From the IMG/VR virus record IMGVR_UViG_3300032245_001714: a DNA stretch of 64,000 nt, one strand, 5' to 3'. Below, one piece after another: positions 8,712-18,318 of the stretch. The notes below the pieces were generated by a model. The model had not been told where the DNA came from and searched no databases. It was given only the letters and a program-made list of their open reading frames with translations. Source of the stretch: a virus. Its lineage: Duplodnaviria > Heunggongvirae > Uroviricota > Caudoviricetes. Within the stretch, counting starts at the first letter, position 1. Each line of letters opens with the position of its first letter. The translations under genes and the position numbers were made by a program.

Positions 8712-9620
8712 ATGAAGCATGTAAAATTATTCGAGGATTTTAATATTCCTACATCTCTTACTAAACAACAGATCGATTGGCTGGATAGGTGTACAAAAAA
8801 CTCTAAAGGTTGGAGTCTCAATCCATCAACGGGTCTTGTTGATGTTATGGGGAATTTCAATTGCATTCTTCAAAATCTGGAGGATTTTAAGGGGGTAAAA
8901 TTTGGACGGGTTGAAGGGAATTTCATGTGTCAAAAAAATGAGCTCAAAATTCTGACTGGAGCGCCTCTGAGTGTTGGTGGGAATTTCGATTGTAGCTCTA
9001 ATCCTCTAGAAAGTCTAGATGGATCACCAGAGACTGTTGTGGGAGATTTCAATTGCGATTGGTGTAAACCGCTTAAAAATCTGAAAGGAGCACCTCTGAG
9101 TGTTGGTGGAGATTTCTCCTGTAGCTCTAATAATCTAGAAAGTCTAGATGGAGCACCAGAGACTGTTGGTGGGAATTTCGATTGTCGCTTTAATGATCTT
9201 AAAAATCTGGAAGGAGCACCTCTGACTGTTGGCAAACTATTCAATTGTTCTCATAATATAAAACTTACCTCCTTTGCAGGAGCACCTGAAAGTGTAGGCA
9301 ACTTCGTGGGGGATGAAGGTTTATCCGGGTTATTAAATTGGTCTAAAGGCTGGGACAAAAAAGGTGATGCTGAATTTGCCAAAACCCTCCTTGCAAAGTT
9401 AAAAGAAGTGGACGATTGGAGGAATTTTCAACCTAAATTAAAAGGAATGCTTCTGTCACTGTTAGACGTTGACTGTATACTATCGAATAACTTTTCCCCT
9501 TCGGACAAGTTTGAGATCTATGGAATTATTAAAGAGACCCTGCCGGATGTTTGGTCTAAGGTTAAGGATAAATTAGATCCAGATGGAGCCACTTCCGATT
9601 TGATGGACCTTGGGTTTTAA
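8712..9620 (+). CDS. LRR-like repeat protein, family member 3
   Basis: Start revised to MKHVKLFEDF; repeats GAPLSVGGNFDCSSNPLESLDGSP...; C-terminus ...DPDGATSDLMDLGF. GATATATAGG lies upstream. Confidence 0.75.
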   Translation: MKHVKLFEDFNIPTSLTKQQIDWLDRCTKNSKGWSLNPSTGLVDVMGNFNCILQNLEDFKGVKFGRVEGNFMCQKNELKILTGAPLSVGGNFDCSSNPLESLDGSPETVVGDFNCDWCKPLKNLKGAPLSVGGDFSCSSNNLESLDGAPETVGGNFDCRFNDLKNLEGAPLTVGKLFNCSHNIKLTSFAGAPESVGNFVGDEGLSGLLNWSKGWDKKGDAEFAKTLLAKLKEVDDWRNFQPKLKGMLLSLLDVDCILSNNFSPSDKFEIYGIIKETLPDVWSKVKDKLDPDGATSDLMDLGF

Positions 9621-9660
9621 TGCGATATATAGAAAAATAATATAAAAAAAAACAATAAAA

Positions 9661-9969
9661 ATGGAGAATCTTAAAAAATATGAGAATTTCAACTCAAATC
9701 AACCTCAATCTGAGGTAAATGAGGGACTTTGGGATAGACTTTTCGGTAAACCATCAATACACCAAGCTGCACACGACTCCTATAGAGGCCAAGGTTGGAG
9801 CGCTACGGGTAGAGATAACGTCTCAAGAGACGAACACAACTACGTTATGTTTGACGGAAAAAAATTCTACTCAGAAGACATAGTTTATGATGACTATAAC
9901 TCAACAGAGCCTATTCCAAGAATAGAAGGAGGAAAGCTGATTATTGCTAATCCAGCTTGGTCGGAATAA
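9661..9969 (+). CDS. hypothetical protein (102 aa)
   Basis: ORF track entry; A-rich sequence upstream. Confidence 0.5.
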   Translation: MENLKKYENFNSNQPQSEVNEGLWDRLFGKPSIHQAAHDSYRGQGWSATGRDNVSRDEHNYVMFDGKKFYSEDIVYDDYNSTEPIPRIEGGKLIIANPAWSE

Positions 9970-10005
9970 GCCGAAAAAAATCCTCATATAAAGATAAACA
10001 CGATT

Positions 10006-10698
10006 ATGAAAAAATTTATTTTAAGTGTTGTTGCTGCTACTATGTTATTTGGCTGTGAAACAAGCACAAAAACAGAAACGGTTGAAGATATCAAGGCTGA
10101 GAAAATTGTAAAAGTACATCAAGGTGCTTTTGCTTTTTGTGGAGCATCCGCAGCGGTTCCTACTGGAAGAAAGATTATTGTACAAGGTGTTGAGTATGAT
10201 GAAGGCTGTGCAATATGTCCAGTATTAGACGGACCATCTCTTTCTAATTTAGCAATGGAAGGTGTCAGTGGAACATATGGAAAGTTCAATGTAAACGATA
10301 ACTTCCAAACTCCTGATGGAACGGGTAATACTGTATGGTCTTTGTTTTGGTACTACGATTCCACAACAACAATACCTCAATTTAATCCTGAAACTAAGAA
10401 GTGGGAAATGTTACCCCCTGTAAATAGAGCTTTTGTGATCAATTTGGATTCTCCAAGTACAAGTGAGAGTAACATGTTTGCAATGCCAGGCGTTATCTTC
10501 GACACAACATCTACAGGTATCGTATTGGCAAAAGTGTATGGACCACTTAATGAAGCGGCAGTTCCATTACGTAAAGCAATACCTGTTCAAAATGGTATGA
10601 CTTCAATAACAGCAGCTAAATTGGGATTTCCTTATCCTGTTGGCACACCAGTTCCTGTTGCTGAGTATAGTAAAGAACTTCAGAAGAAAGAAAAGTAA
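10006..10698 (+). CDS. secreted lipoprotein (230 aa)
   Basis: Signal peptide plus lipobox MLFGC in MKKFILSVVAATMLFGCETS. Confidence 0.6.
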   Translation: MKKFILSVVAATMLFGCETSTKTETVEDIKAEKIVKVHQGAFAFCGASAAVPTGRKIIVQGVEYDEGCAICPVLDGPSLSNLAMEGVSGTYGKFNVNDNFQTPDGTGNTVWSLFWYYDSTTTIPQFNPETKKWEMLPPVNRAFVINLDSPSTSESNMFAMPGVIFDTTSTGIVLAKVYGPLNEAAVPLRKAIPVQNGMTSITAAKLGFPYPVGTPVPVAEYSKELQKKEK

Positions 10699-10720
10699 AT
10701 ATAACTAATCATATAGTTTA

Positions 10721-10746
10721 AGCAGGCTTCGGCCTGCTTTTTTATG
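10721..10746 (+). terminator. rho-independent terminator
   Basis: agcaggc ttcg gcctgct hairpin followed by a T run. Confidence 0.55.
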
Positions 10747-10757
10747 ATATATAAGAG

Positions 10758-11510
10758 ATGAAGCACATTAATAGCTATAAGGTTTTCGAGAGCGTAGGTA
10801 TTCTCACTTCAGAGCAGGAGGCTTGGTTAAACAAATTAACATTGAAAAATCGCTGGAACGTTAATGAGGACGGACTCGTAGATGTATATGGTGGGTTTTG
10901 GTGCAATGGTCAGGGTCTAACCGATTTCAAAGGTGTAAAATTCGGCCACATCAAGGGTAATTTCATCTGTAATAACAATCTTCTTGAATCCCTTGAAGGA
11001 GCGCCAATAAATGTTGAGGGAAGTTTTGTTTGTGATGGTAATAGACTCACGTCTTTAATCGGAGCACCTATTAGAGTGGGAGAAAGCTTTTGGTGTGACA
11101 AAAATAGAATAGTTTCTTTAGAAGGGCTTCCTGTACATATTGGTGGTAATTTTTGGGCGGCTGGTAATCCTGTCTCAGAAAAAGTTCTTGAAGCAGTGTG
11201 CCGCGAGATGCTAAAGGTAAGAATAAATTCTGATAAAAAAAGTTCTTATACAGAAGCTTTTCTAGAATGTCTTTCCAGCATTCGCATTCCTGATTCAGAT
11301 TTTGCTCTAATGTTATTCACTCTGCCTAGTGATATTTCTGACCCTATATTAGTAAAAAGAGTTAAATCTTACATCGAGAATAATCCGATTAAAAAGATAG
11401 GCTTGGTTTCGGATATAAAGAAAAAAATGCCAAATCTTTATTCTAAAATTTCTGATGAGTTTTCCTCTGATGCTGAACTAATGTCTGACTTAGGAGAATT
11501 GGGATTCTAG
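10758..11510 (+). CDS. LRR-like repeat protein, family member 4 (C-terminus ...SDLGELGF)
   Basis: MKHINSYKVFES; repeats GAPINVEGSFVCDGNRLTSLIGAP...; GATATATAAG lies upstream. Confidence 0.7.
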   Translation: MKHINSYKVFESVGILTSEQEAWLNKLTLKNRWNVNEDGLVDVYGGFWCNGQGLTDFKGVKFGHIKGNFICNNNLLESLEGAPINVEGSFVCDGNRLTSLIGAPIRVGESFWCDKNRIVSLEGLPVHIGGNFWAAGNPVSEKVLEAVCREMLKVRINSDKKSSYTEAFLECLSSIRIPDSDFALMLFTLPSDISDPILVKRVKSYIENNPIKKIGLVSDIKKKMPNLYSKISDEFSSDAELMSDLGELGF

Positions 11511-11554
11511 GGATCTTTTTTTACGATATATAAGTAGACATAACCTGTAAAAAC

Positions 11555-11704
11555 ATGATAAAAACCGCAATATTTGCTCTTTTAATTTCATTTTCATTTG
11601 GCATTCAATCTTGTTTAATCGTTAAACAGAATAGACATAAGACCTGTTTTAAATGTGTACCCGCAAAAAAGTTAAATCACCACAGACATCATAGATTTCA
11701 CTAA
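11555..11704 (+). CDS. small Cys/His-rich lipoprotein (49 aa, read by hand)
   Basis: Manual translation: MIKTAIFALLISFSFGIQSCLIVKQNRHKTCFKCVPAKKLNHHRHHRFH. Confidence 0.3.
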   Translation: MIKTAIFALLISFSFGIQSCLIVKQNRHKTCFKCVPAKKLNHHRHHRFH

Positions 11705-11713
11705 TTCTTTATA

Positions 11714-12466
11714 ATGAAACACATTAAGACATATAGATTGTTTGAGTCAAATGTAACCTCAGAACTCACCGAGGAACAGATAGATTTTTTGAATATGGGA
11801 TTCAGCGGGAATCCTTGGTCGATGGAGGATGGATTTATAAATTCGGGATATAGCTTTGATGTTAGTGGGAATAACTTAAAGGACTTTATGGGATTAAAAT
11901 TTGGGAAAGTTTCATATTTTAATTGCTCTAAAAATCTTCTAGAATCACTAGAGGGTAGTCCTAGAAAAGTTTCCCATAGTTTTGATTGTAGTTACAATAA
12001 ACTTGAAACACTCGAAGGATCTCCTGATTTTATTGGAGGAAACTTTGATTGTTCAAACAACAATCTTTTAACACTTCAGGGTGGTCCTAGTCAGGTTTTT
12101 GAAAATTATGATTGTTCTCATAATCTTCTTGAAAATTTAGAAGGACTTCCCCAATCAGGAGAAATCGGATCTTTATATTTTAATAATAACAATGTGGTTT
12201 CTCTCAGAGGTCTTAAAGTAAATGTTGTAACCAGTGGGTTTAACGGTCAGAAAAATCCAATATCAGAATCAGCGATTCATTATATTTTACCCGAGATGCG
12301 CAAGGGTAAATCATATAAGGAGGCGTTATTAGACATATGGACTTTTAGACTAGGAGAGGAGGACAAGTCACTACTCTATCCCGATATAAAAGAGGATTTA
12401 TCTTCTGAAGAGGTTAAAAGACTGGAAATGATGGCTAGATATAACAAATCTAGACACATGTTTTAA
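11714..12466 (+). CDS. LRR-like repeat protein, family member 5 (divergent C-terminus)
   Basis: MKHIKTYRLFES; repeats LESLEGSPRKVSHSFDCSYNKLETLEGSP... Confidence 0.7.
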   Translation: MKHIKTYRLFESNVTSELTEEQIDFLNMGFSGNPWSMEDGFINSGYSFDVSGNNLKDFMGLKFGKVSYFNCSKNLLESLEGSPRKVSHSFDCSYNKLETLEGSPDFIGGNFDCSNNNLLTLQGGPSQVFENYDCSHNLLENLEGLPQSGEIGSLYFNNNNVVSLRGLKVNVVTSGFNGQKNPISESAIHYILPEMRKGKSYKEALLDIWTFRLGEEDKSLLYPDIKEDLSSEEVKRLEMMARYNKSRHMF

Positions 12467-12497
12467 ATTAAAGAATATATACAAAAAAGTAATACTA

Positions 12498-13331
12498 ATG
12501 AGCAATATAAAATCATTTTCTGAATTTCTAAACGAAGGAGGGGGAGACTCTCTACTCGCTGCTGCGGGAGCAATGTTTAAAGACCTTATGAGCGATGATG
12601 ACAAAAAATCAGATAGCGAAACCCCAACAACAATAGGTACACATAAACCGGGGGAACAAACATCTATAGATTCAGGCAACGGAACTTCTGGAATAGACGT
12701 TAAGATTGTTCCCGGAAATGATGATTTCACTTTGTATATGCAACATCAACAGGGTATTGCTGGAGCTAAAGGTCTAATTCAGGCTTCTCAAGGAACGGGT
12801 AAGATGGCACCAGATACAATCAAAACAAAAAAAGGAACCAAGTACGCAAATCTGGTAATGAACATCCCTAAGGATAGACCTCAAATCAAAGCTAATCTAA
12901 TAAAAGCTTTAGATGCAGGCGATCAGAAAACTGCTGCTTTGTTATTTTTAAATATGTGGAAAGAGAAATGGGCTTCTAAAGGTAAAGAGGCACTTACCCT
13001 TATCAGTCAGCCAAAGAATGCAGCAGTAAAACAAACTATCCAAAAGTACTGCACAAAATACGGAGTTCCGTTTGAATTTGCAGCAACAGTAGCAAATATA
13101 GAATCTGGATTTAATCCCAATTCGGGCAACAGTAAATACAAAGGGCTATTTGCTCTTAGTCAGAGTGAATTCAGTAAATACGTTCCTGGTGGAAATATTT
13201 ATAATCTGGATAACAATGTAAACGCTGGAATACAATGTCTTAGAAACAACATCAGAGACTTTAAAAAATATTTGGGCCCAGCAACTTTAGCAACATTAAG
13301 ATTAGGATCTTGGGCTAGCTCAATAGCTTAA
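12498..13331 (+). CDS. lytic transglycosylase (SLT-like) domain protein carrying the N-terminal tag
   Basis: ESGFNPNSGNSKYKGLFALSQ fits the E-S...G-L-[MF]-Q SLT motif; N-terminus MSNIKSFSEFLNEG. Confidence 0.6.
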   Translation: MSNIKSFSEFLNEGGGDSLLAAAGAMFKDLMSDDDKKSDSETPTTIGTHKPGEQTSIDSGNGTSGIDVKIVPGNDDFTLYMQHQQGIAGAKGLIQASQGTGKMAPDTIKTKKGTKYANLVMNIPKDRPQIKANLIKALDAGDQKTAALLFLNMWKEKWASKGKEALTLISQPKNAAVKQTIQKYCTKYGVPFEFAATVANIESGFNPNSGNSKYKGLFALSQSEFSKYVPGGNIYNLDNNVNAGIQCLRNNIRDFKKYLGPATLATLRLGSWASSIA

Positions 13332-13340
13332 ATTATCTAT

Positions 13341-13730
13341 ATGGATTTTTCAGATTACAAAAAGAGCAAGTGGAATAACTTAGAGTTTTATCTTCCAACA
13401 GCAGGAGCTAATAATACTTTAACAACCTGGGATGAGATTGAATTAAATCTTAAAAAACTTGGACCTGGTTGGAGACTACCTAGTTTTAAAGAAATTGATT
13501 TTATAATTACAAAAAGTATAGAATATGAACTTGATGTTTTATTGGACGAGTATTGGACTAACGAAAATCCCGATAGGGAAGACGACGCTTTAAGTCATAG
13601 AGTGGTTCACACACTTTCGAATAAGGAAAGAATGGAAACCAGACCTATGTACTACTATTATGAAAACGGACCGGATGATTACGATACCGAGCCAAGCACA
13701 GCAAACGCTGCTTTTGTGAGAGATTTATAA
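13341..13730 (+). CDS. hypothetical protein (129 aa)
   Basis: ORF track entry. Confidence 0.5.
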   Translation: MDFSDYKKSKWNNLEFYLPTAGANNTLTTWDEIELNLKKLGPGWRLPSFKEIDFIITKSIEYELDVLLDEYWTNENPDREDDALSHRVVHTLSNKERMETRPMYYYYENGPDDYDTEPSTANAAFVRDL

Positions 13731-13793
13731 AAATCTCCAATTAATTTTTTATTTTCGAAATCTTTCCCTACATTTGTGATCTAAATTACAATT

Positions 13794-13946
13794 ATGGATA
13801 AGATAGAAGTTCAAAAACAAATCTTCCAAAAACAAAAAGATGGGTCGTTTACCGATGATGCGATTCGTATAGAAGCCTACATCGTCATCTCAGTACTCGT
13901 ACTGTGTTTTATAGGAATTGGTTATATTGCTATCAAGTTCGGATAG
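13794..13946 (+). CDS. small membrane protein (50 aa, read by hand)
   Basis: Manual translation: MDKIEVQKQIFQKQKDGSFTDDAIRIEAYIVISVLVLCFIGIGYIAIKFG. Its first 17 nt duplicate the start of the gene at 14070. Confidence 0.35.
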   Translation: MDKIEVQKQIFQKQKDGSFTDDAIRIEAYIVISVLVLCFIGIGYIAIKFG

Positions 13947-13953
13947 CATTTTT

Positions 13954-14055
13954 GGTCAGGTGGTGTAATGGCAACATGGGGTTCGACCCCCCAATCAACC
14001 CAGTAGTGGGACGATACAGAAAGGCAAGATACAGGTTCGAATCCTGTCCTGACCG
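13954..14055 (+). tRNA. tRNA-like gene, atypical (~102 nt)
   Basis: Acceptor GGTCAGG/CCTGACC, D arm GTGT-AATGGCA-ACAT and T arm ACAGG-TTCGAAT-CCTGT, but about 51 nt lie between the D and T arms. One hairpin there, GGGG-TTCGACC-CCCC, could carry a CGA anticodon, which would make it Ser-like. Confidence 0.5.
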
Positions 14056-14069
14056 CTAAAATAAAAATT

Positions 14070-14378
14070 ATGGATAAGATAGATGCAATTATCGAATACT
14101 GCAATAACATTGTTAAGAGGGATGATGTTATGCTTAAAACCCGATTCGGTGTAACCTCAGAAGAGCTTTCCCACATTGCTCACATTGGATCTTCTATAGT
14201 ACTTAATAGAATAGGTGCTAGACCCGGAGGAGGTTTTGTTGAAGCTGTTTGTGAGAATAACCTTATAGCAGCATCGGGAAGAGCGGATAGCACAATGCAG
14301 AAAGTCCTAGCTTATATGGCGATGACCTTTGCATCAGACTACGATAGAATTTCATACGAAGCAACTAAAAATATTTAA
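14070..14378 (+). CDS. hypothetical protein (102 aa)
   Basis: ORF track entry. Confidence 0.5.
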   Translation: MDKIDAIIEYCNNIVKRDDVMLKTRFGVTSEELSHIAHIGSSIVLNRIGARPGGGFVEAVCENNLIAASGRADSTMQKVLAYMAMTFASDYDRISYEATKNI

Positions 14379-14383
14379 ACGTT

Positions 14384-15196
14384 ATGCCAGAAGGACCAGA
14401 AGTTAGAAGAATGTCTGAGGGTTTAGCCCAGAGAATTGTCGGAAAAGATTTAGCTAAAGCTGAAGTGATCGGAGGTAAATGGTTAAAGAAGCCACCCACG
14501 GGGATTTCGATTATTCAAGAATCTCTGTTAGATTCCCCACAGAGAGTTCATTGGGTAAAGGTGAAAGGAAAATTCATCTATGCAAAAATAGGAGAGATCT
14601 TCATGTGGAACACGTTGGGAATGAGCGGAGGATGGAGAGATCTAAAAGGAAAGCACGCACATTTTGTTCTTGAATTCACCGATGGATCCTCAGTGTACTT
14701 TGATGATGTTAGAAGGTTTGGTAACATTTCATTCTATGATAATTCCAATCAGATTGAAGAGAAACTAAAGGGAGCTGGACCTGATCTACTTAACGAAGAT
14801 GTTGGGTTTGATTTATTTAAAGAAAGACTGGTAAAGAGAGGGAATAAAAACATTTGTCAACTTTTAATGGATCAGAAGGTTGTAAGTGGTATAGGAAATT
14901 ACATTAAAAGCGAATCTTTATATAGGGCAGGGATAAATCCCCATCTCAAGGCTAACGAGATTCCGGATGATGGATTAAAAAAGCTATGGGAGTGGAGCAG
15001 AAAAATTATAAAAAAGAGCTACGATCAGGGAGGTGCAACTCTGGCTACCTACACGGACATGGACGGAAACCACGGGAGTTTTGTTTTCTCTTTCGAAGTT
15101 TATCGGAGGGAAAAAGATCCTCTGGGTAATGAGATTAAACATGAAATAACACCAGACGGGAGAATGACCCACTGGGTACCTCAAATACAAAAATAA
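14384..15196 (+). CDS. Fpg/Nei-family DNA glycosylase (formamidopyrimidine / endonuclease VIII-like), zincless-finger type
   Basis: N-terminal MPEGPEV (catalytic Pro2, Glu3); H2TH motif VVSGIGNYIKSESLYRAGINP; the C-terminus lacks the Cys4 zinc finger. Confidence 0.75.
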   Translation: MPEGPEVRRMSEGLAQRIVGKDLAKAEVIGGKWLKKPPTGISIIQESLLDSPQRVHWVKVKGKFIYAKIGEIFMWNTLGMSGGWRDLKGKHAHFVLEFTDGSSVYFDDVRRFGNISFYDNSNQIEEKLKGAGPDLLNEDVGFDLFKERLVKRGNKNICQLLMDQKVVSGIGNYIKSESLYRAGINPHLKANEIPDDGLKKLWEWSRKIIKKSYDQGGATLATYTDMDGNHGSFVFSFEVYRREKDPLGNEIKHEITPDGRMTHWVPQIQK

Positions 15197-15200
15197 AAAC

Positions 15201-15428
15201 ATGGAATCTTTAACTATTAACTACTCGGAGGGAAGAGTAACCTCCATCAACAAAACATTTAATGGGGAATTTAAAGGCCGTTCTTTTGAAATATACGCTA
15301 ACTGGAATGAATGGGACGAGTGGACAGTTGAAAATATAATGTATTTAGATACTTCTCTTAGTGAGGAGATGAATTCCGAGACCTACGGAGAGATAGAATC
15401 TGCTTTTTTGGACGAAATGTATCAGTAA
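15201..15428 (+). CDS. hypothetical protein (75 aa)
   Basis: ORF track entry. Confidence 0.45.
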   Translation: MESLTINYSEGRVTSINKTFNGEFKGRSFEIYANWNEWDEWTVENIMYLDTSLSEEMNSETYGEIESAFLDEMYQ

Positions 15429-15465
15429 AGACTTTGGATATATACTTTAAATAAAAGAGTATAAA

Positions 15466-15966
15466 ATGCCAATATTTCAACTTACAGCGTCAAGAAGTTA
15501 TAATCCGGTAGATAATCCGGTTAACAGAACAGTCGGAACCGTGGGGGCTACATCAGGAAGCACAACGGTTAGCATCACTTCAGCTGATAGAGGAGCAGTT
15601 AGTGCTATTTCTTCCTCTATTGCAACAAGGACAGTAACTGTTATAGGTTCAACTCTTCCTCTAGGAGGCTCAGTTACCAGTGCTTCTGGCACAACTATCA
15701 CTTTAACTTATCCGTATTCAGTCTCAGTTTCAGCAGGTCCATCAGGAGATTGGATTAACTGGTATTTTAAAGACGCACCAAACGAAAAACAACTCCCTAT
15801 AACTAGTGTTTTAGCTGCATCAGGGTCAACATTAGCTTATCTCGACCTAGATGGAACAAATGCAACATTAACCGGAGTAACCGGACAATTGGGAATATCG
15901 GTTCTAAGAACAGTAGCTGGAACTACAGGATCTGTTTGGGGATACAGCAGAGGTTATTCAAACTAA
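15466..15966 (+). CDS. hypothetical Thr/Ser/Gly-rich protein (166 aa), possibly structural
   Basis: Composition only. Confidence 0.5.
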   Translation: MPIFQLTASRSYNPVDNPVNRTVGTVGATSGSTTVSITSADRGAVSAISSSIATRTVTVIGSTLPLGGSVTSASGTTITLTYPYSVSVSAGPSGDWINWYFKDAPNEKQLPITSVLAASGSTLAYLDLDGTNATLTGVTGQLGISVLRTVAGTTGSVWGYSRGYSN

Positions 15967-16028
15967 TAATAGTCCAAAACCAACACCTATAAGGGGGATT
16001 CAGATAATATTTGAGTCCCTCTTTATTT

Positions 16029-16040
16029 GATATATAGGGT
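16029..16040 (+). promoter_or_regulatory. GATATATAGGG start-proximal motif
   Basis: tgatatatagggt followed by ATG. Confidence 0.4.
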
Positions 16041-17129
16041 ATGCCTAACATTTTAAACTACACTTCTTTTAGCAATCACATAAAAGAATCCAAAATTAAC
16101 GAGGGATTTATCCCCTCTGGAGATCCAAACTGGCCCACAAATTGGAAGGACATGCCAGAATGGAAGACCCTCCAACAACTTGGTTTTAGCGATGTGACAA
16201 CTTCACGTATGGCTTTAAATCAAACTATATTGCTAAAAAACTTTACCCGAGATCTAGGATACAAGGATGGCATAGTTCTACAAAAAAGTGGCTACATTAG
16301 GGATAAATCGGTTTCTAGTGGTTTCATTAAAAGATATAAAGATTTCCCTGTCGATCTAAAGGATATTTTAGACTACCTAATACAAAGATGGGAGAAAGAT
16401 GTCCAGAGAGACATCAGAACTAAAAACCATGGGCCTTTAACTGATGATCAAATTAAAGCAGTTAATAGAGTTACCAAAGGAAAATGGAAGTATAACGATC
16501 AAACTAAAAAAGTTGACTTTTCATCCTCAGTTGAGGTAAATTCAGATAAAGACATCAGTGATCTCTCTGGTGTTCAGTTCGGAAAGGTCGATGGCTCCTT
16601 TGTTATCAGGGTAAAAGTCAAAGATCTAAATATAGCACCAAGATATGTTGGTGGTAATTTTAGGATTGACAGTAGTGATTTCTTAAAAAATCTAATTGGA
16701 TCCCCTGATGAAATCAGAGGGTCTTTCTCTATATACGGATCAAGAGTTCCTAGGGATCTATCTGGACTGACTCTTCCTGGGAATATTAAAGGTGGATTGT
16801 ATGTGAATTCATCAGATGACTTTGGATTTCATTTTTTCCCGAGCAAATATGACTGGACAATCGAAGGTATAATGAAGGCAATTTTAGAATTCAACGGAGG
16901 TTACAACACAGGTCATCTTCCAATAAAGAATAAGGAAAGTTTGGATTCCTTACTTTCTTATCTTGAGGGTGTAGGTTCAGGACATTATCTATATAAATAT
17001 TTTGAAGATAATCCGTTGGACATCTATCTCCTAGATTCTTTACCTGAGTTAAAGGAAAAAGTTTTAAAGAAATTAGGGATCAAAGACATTGGCAGAATAG
17101 GCAAGATGATAAGATCTGGATTATACTAA
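16041..17129 (+). CDS. LRR-like family member 6 (degenerate repeats, divergent C-terminus)
   Basis: MPNILNYTSFS...KINEG; shares the N-terminal region (...DLSGVQFGKVDGSF...APRYVGGNF); GATATATAGGGT lies upstream. Confidence 0.6.
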   Translation: MPNILNYTSFSNHIKESKINEGFIPSGDPNWPTNWKDMPEWKTLQQLGFSDVTTSRMALNQTILLKNFTRDLGYKDGIVLQKSGYIRDKSVSSGFIKRYKDFPVDLKDILDYLIQRWEKDVQRDIRTKNHGPLTDDQIKAVNRVTKGKWKYNDQTKKVDFSSSVEVNSDKDISDLSGVQFGKVDGSFVIRVKVKDLNIAPRYVGGNFRIDSSDFLKNLIGSPDEIRGSFSIYGSRVPRDLSGLTLPGNIKGGLYVNSSDDFGFHFFPSKYDWTIEGIMKAILEFNGGYNTGHLPIKNKESLDSLLSYLEGVGSGHYLYKYFEDNPLDIYLLDSLPELKEKVLKKLGIKDIGRIGKMIRSGLY

Positions 17130-17144
17130 ATCGAATTATATTAG

Positions 17145-17831
17145 ATGAAAAAAATATTAAATTTTAAAGAGCTTTTTGAAGCTGCTACCAATTTTCCTAG
17201 TAACATTTCTGAAATTCCTTCCCACGAGGAGTTAAGTAAACTTCCAAGTTTTTTGATGTTTAAAAATTTTATGCCCGCATCTTGGGTCACAGGTAGTGTT
17301 GCATACAAGAATGGGACAAGAACTTTAGGAATGGGGCCTGTGGTTTCTATTGACGGAAAACCATTTCATGTTTTTAATTTTTATCCTTTAAAAGGTCAGA
17401 TAATAAGAGATGGTTATACAGTTAGAAGGTGCAATCTTGTTACTATGGATGACTGGAATAAAGCCGTTGAGAATATGAGCAACTACTTCATTTCCACTCT
17501 TCTACCAAGAATCGGATTCAGAAATAATTACAACAGCAACATTGCTAAATTAAAAGCTGGAAAAAACCCAGAACTCATGAAAGAGATTCTCACAAATTCA
17601 GCAAAATTAGATCCATTTCCCGGATTGATTGAATATATTCTGGTATCCGCTCTATTAAATTCTGAAGATTCTAGTGAAATTGTAGATTTAATTTATGCGA
17701 GTCCCTATAAATTTAAAATCATGAGCTCTCTTAAAAAGAATAGTCCAGAGGTTTGGAAAATACTTAAAAATAAATTAGGTGATCTTGATTCGGTAGAAGC
17801 CTCTGCTGATTTGGGAGATCTAGGGTTTTAA
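17145..17831 (+). CDS. paralog of the LRR-family C-terminal domain (no repeats), ending ADLGDLGF
   Basis: MKKILNFKELFEA...; C-terminus PEVWKILKNKLGDLDSVEASADLGDLGF. Confidence 0.6.
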   Translation: MKKILNFKELFEAATNFPSNISEIPSHEELSKLPSFLMFKNFMPASWVTGSVAYKNGTRTLGMGPVVSIDGKPFHVFNFYPLKGQIIRDGYTVRRCNLVTMDDWNKAVENMSNYFISTLLPRIGFRNNYNSNIAKLKAGKNPELMKEILTNSAKLDPFPGLIEYILVSALLNSEDSSEIVDLIYASPYKFKIMSSLKKNSPEVWKILKNKLGDLDSVEASADLGDLGF

Positions 17832-17836
17832 TTAAC

Positions 17837-18316
17837 ATGTTTAAATACATTTCAGAAATACTAAAACAGTTTACCCGGGCTCAGAAGACCCTGGCTTTAC
17901 TGATGCTTCTTTTTTCAATTACGATTATAACAATAGCTCCCTCCCTTATATCTGCTTTAACTGTAGACTGCAAGGATCTTAAGGAGGAAAACGCAAGAAA
18001 CAGCTCTAGAATACAAATACTTGAGAATCAGGTTGACACTCTTAATGCTAAAATAAGAAGGGAGAGGAATGATTGCGGAGATAATGCTTACCAGAGGGAG
18101 AAGGAGTTTTATGCTATGCTGGAGGATTTAAGAAAGGATGCAAAGAAATACGAGGAGTCATCCTCTAATAAAATGTTGAGAATGGTTGTAAGAAGGCCAG
18201 CTTCAGACACAACAGAATCCCCTGTTACTGAGATTAGAAATGAAACGAGCATTAAATACCCAAAGATGTCTGATAAGATAAAAGATATCCAGAATAAGCT
18301 CAACCTTAAACACTAA
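17837..18316 (+). CDS. membrane-anchored coiled-coil protein (159 aa)
   Basis: An N-terminal transmembrane segment followed by heptad-like repeats. Confidence 0.5.
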   Translation: MFKYISEILKQFTRAQKTLALLMLLFSITIITIAPSLISALTVDCKDLKEENARNSSRIQILENQVDTLNAKIRRERNDCGDNAYQREKEFYAMLEDLRKDAKKYEESSSNKMLRMVVRRPASDTTESPVTEIRNETSIKYPKMSDKIKDIQNKLNLKH

Positions 18317-18318
18317 AA

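Noticed and set aside
7273-9244. Minus-strand ORFs 7273..7596, 7846..8046, 8086..8583, 8555..8866 and 8930..9244
   Set aside because: All are antisense to well-supported plus-strand paralogs and have low-complexity Pro/Ser/Leu composition; likely spurious.
13922-14176. 84-aa minus-strand ORF
   Set aside because: It overlaps the plus-strand tRNA-like element and the start of the 14070 gene. No start motif; spurious.
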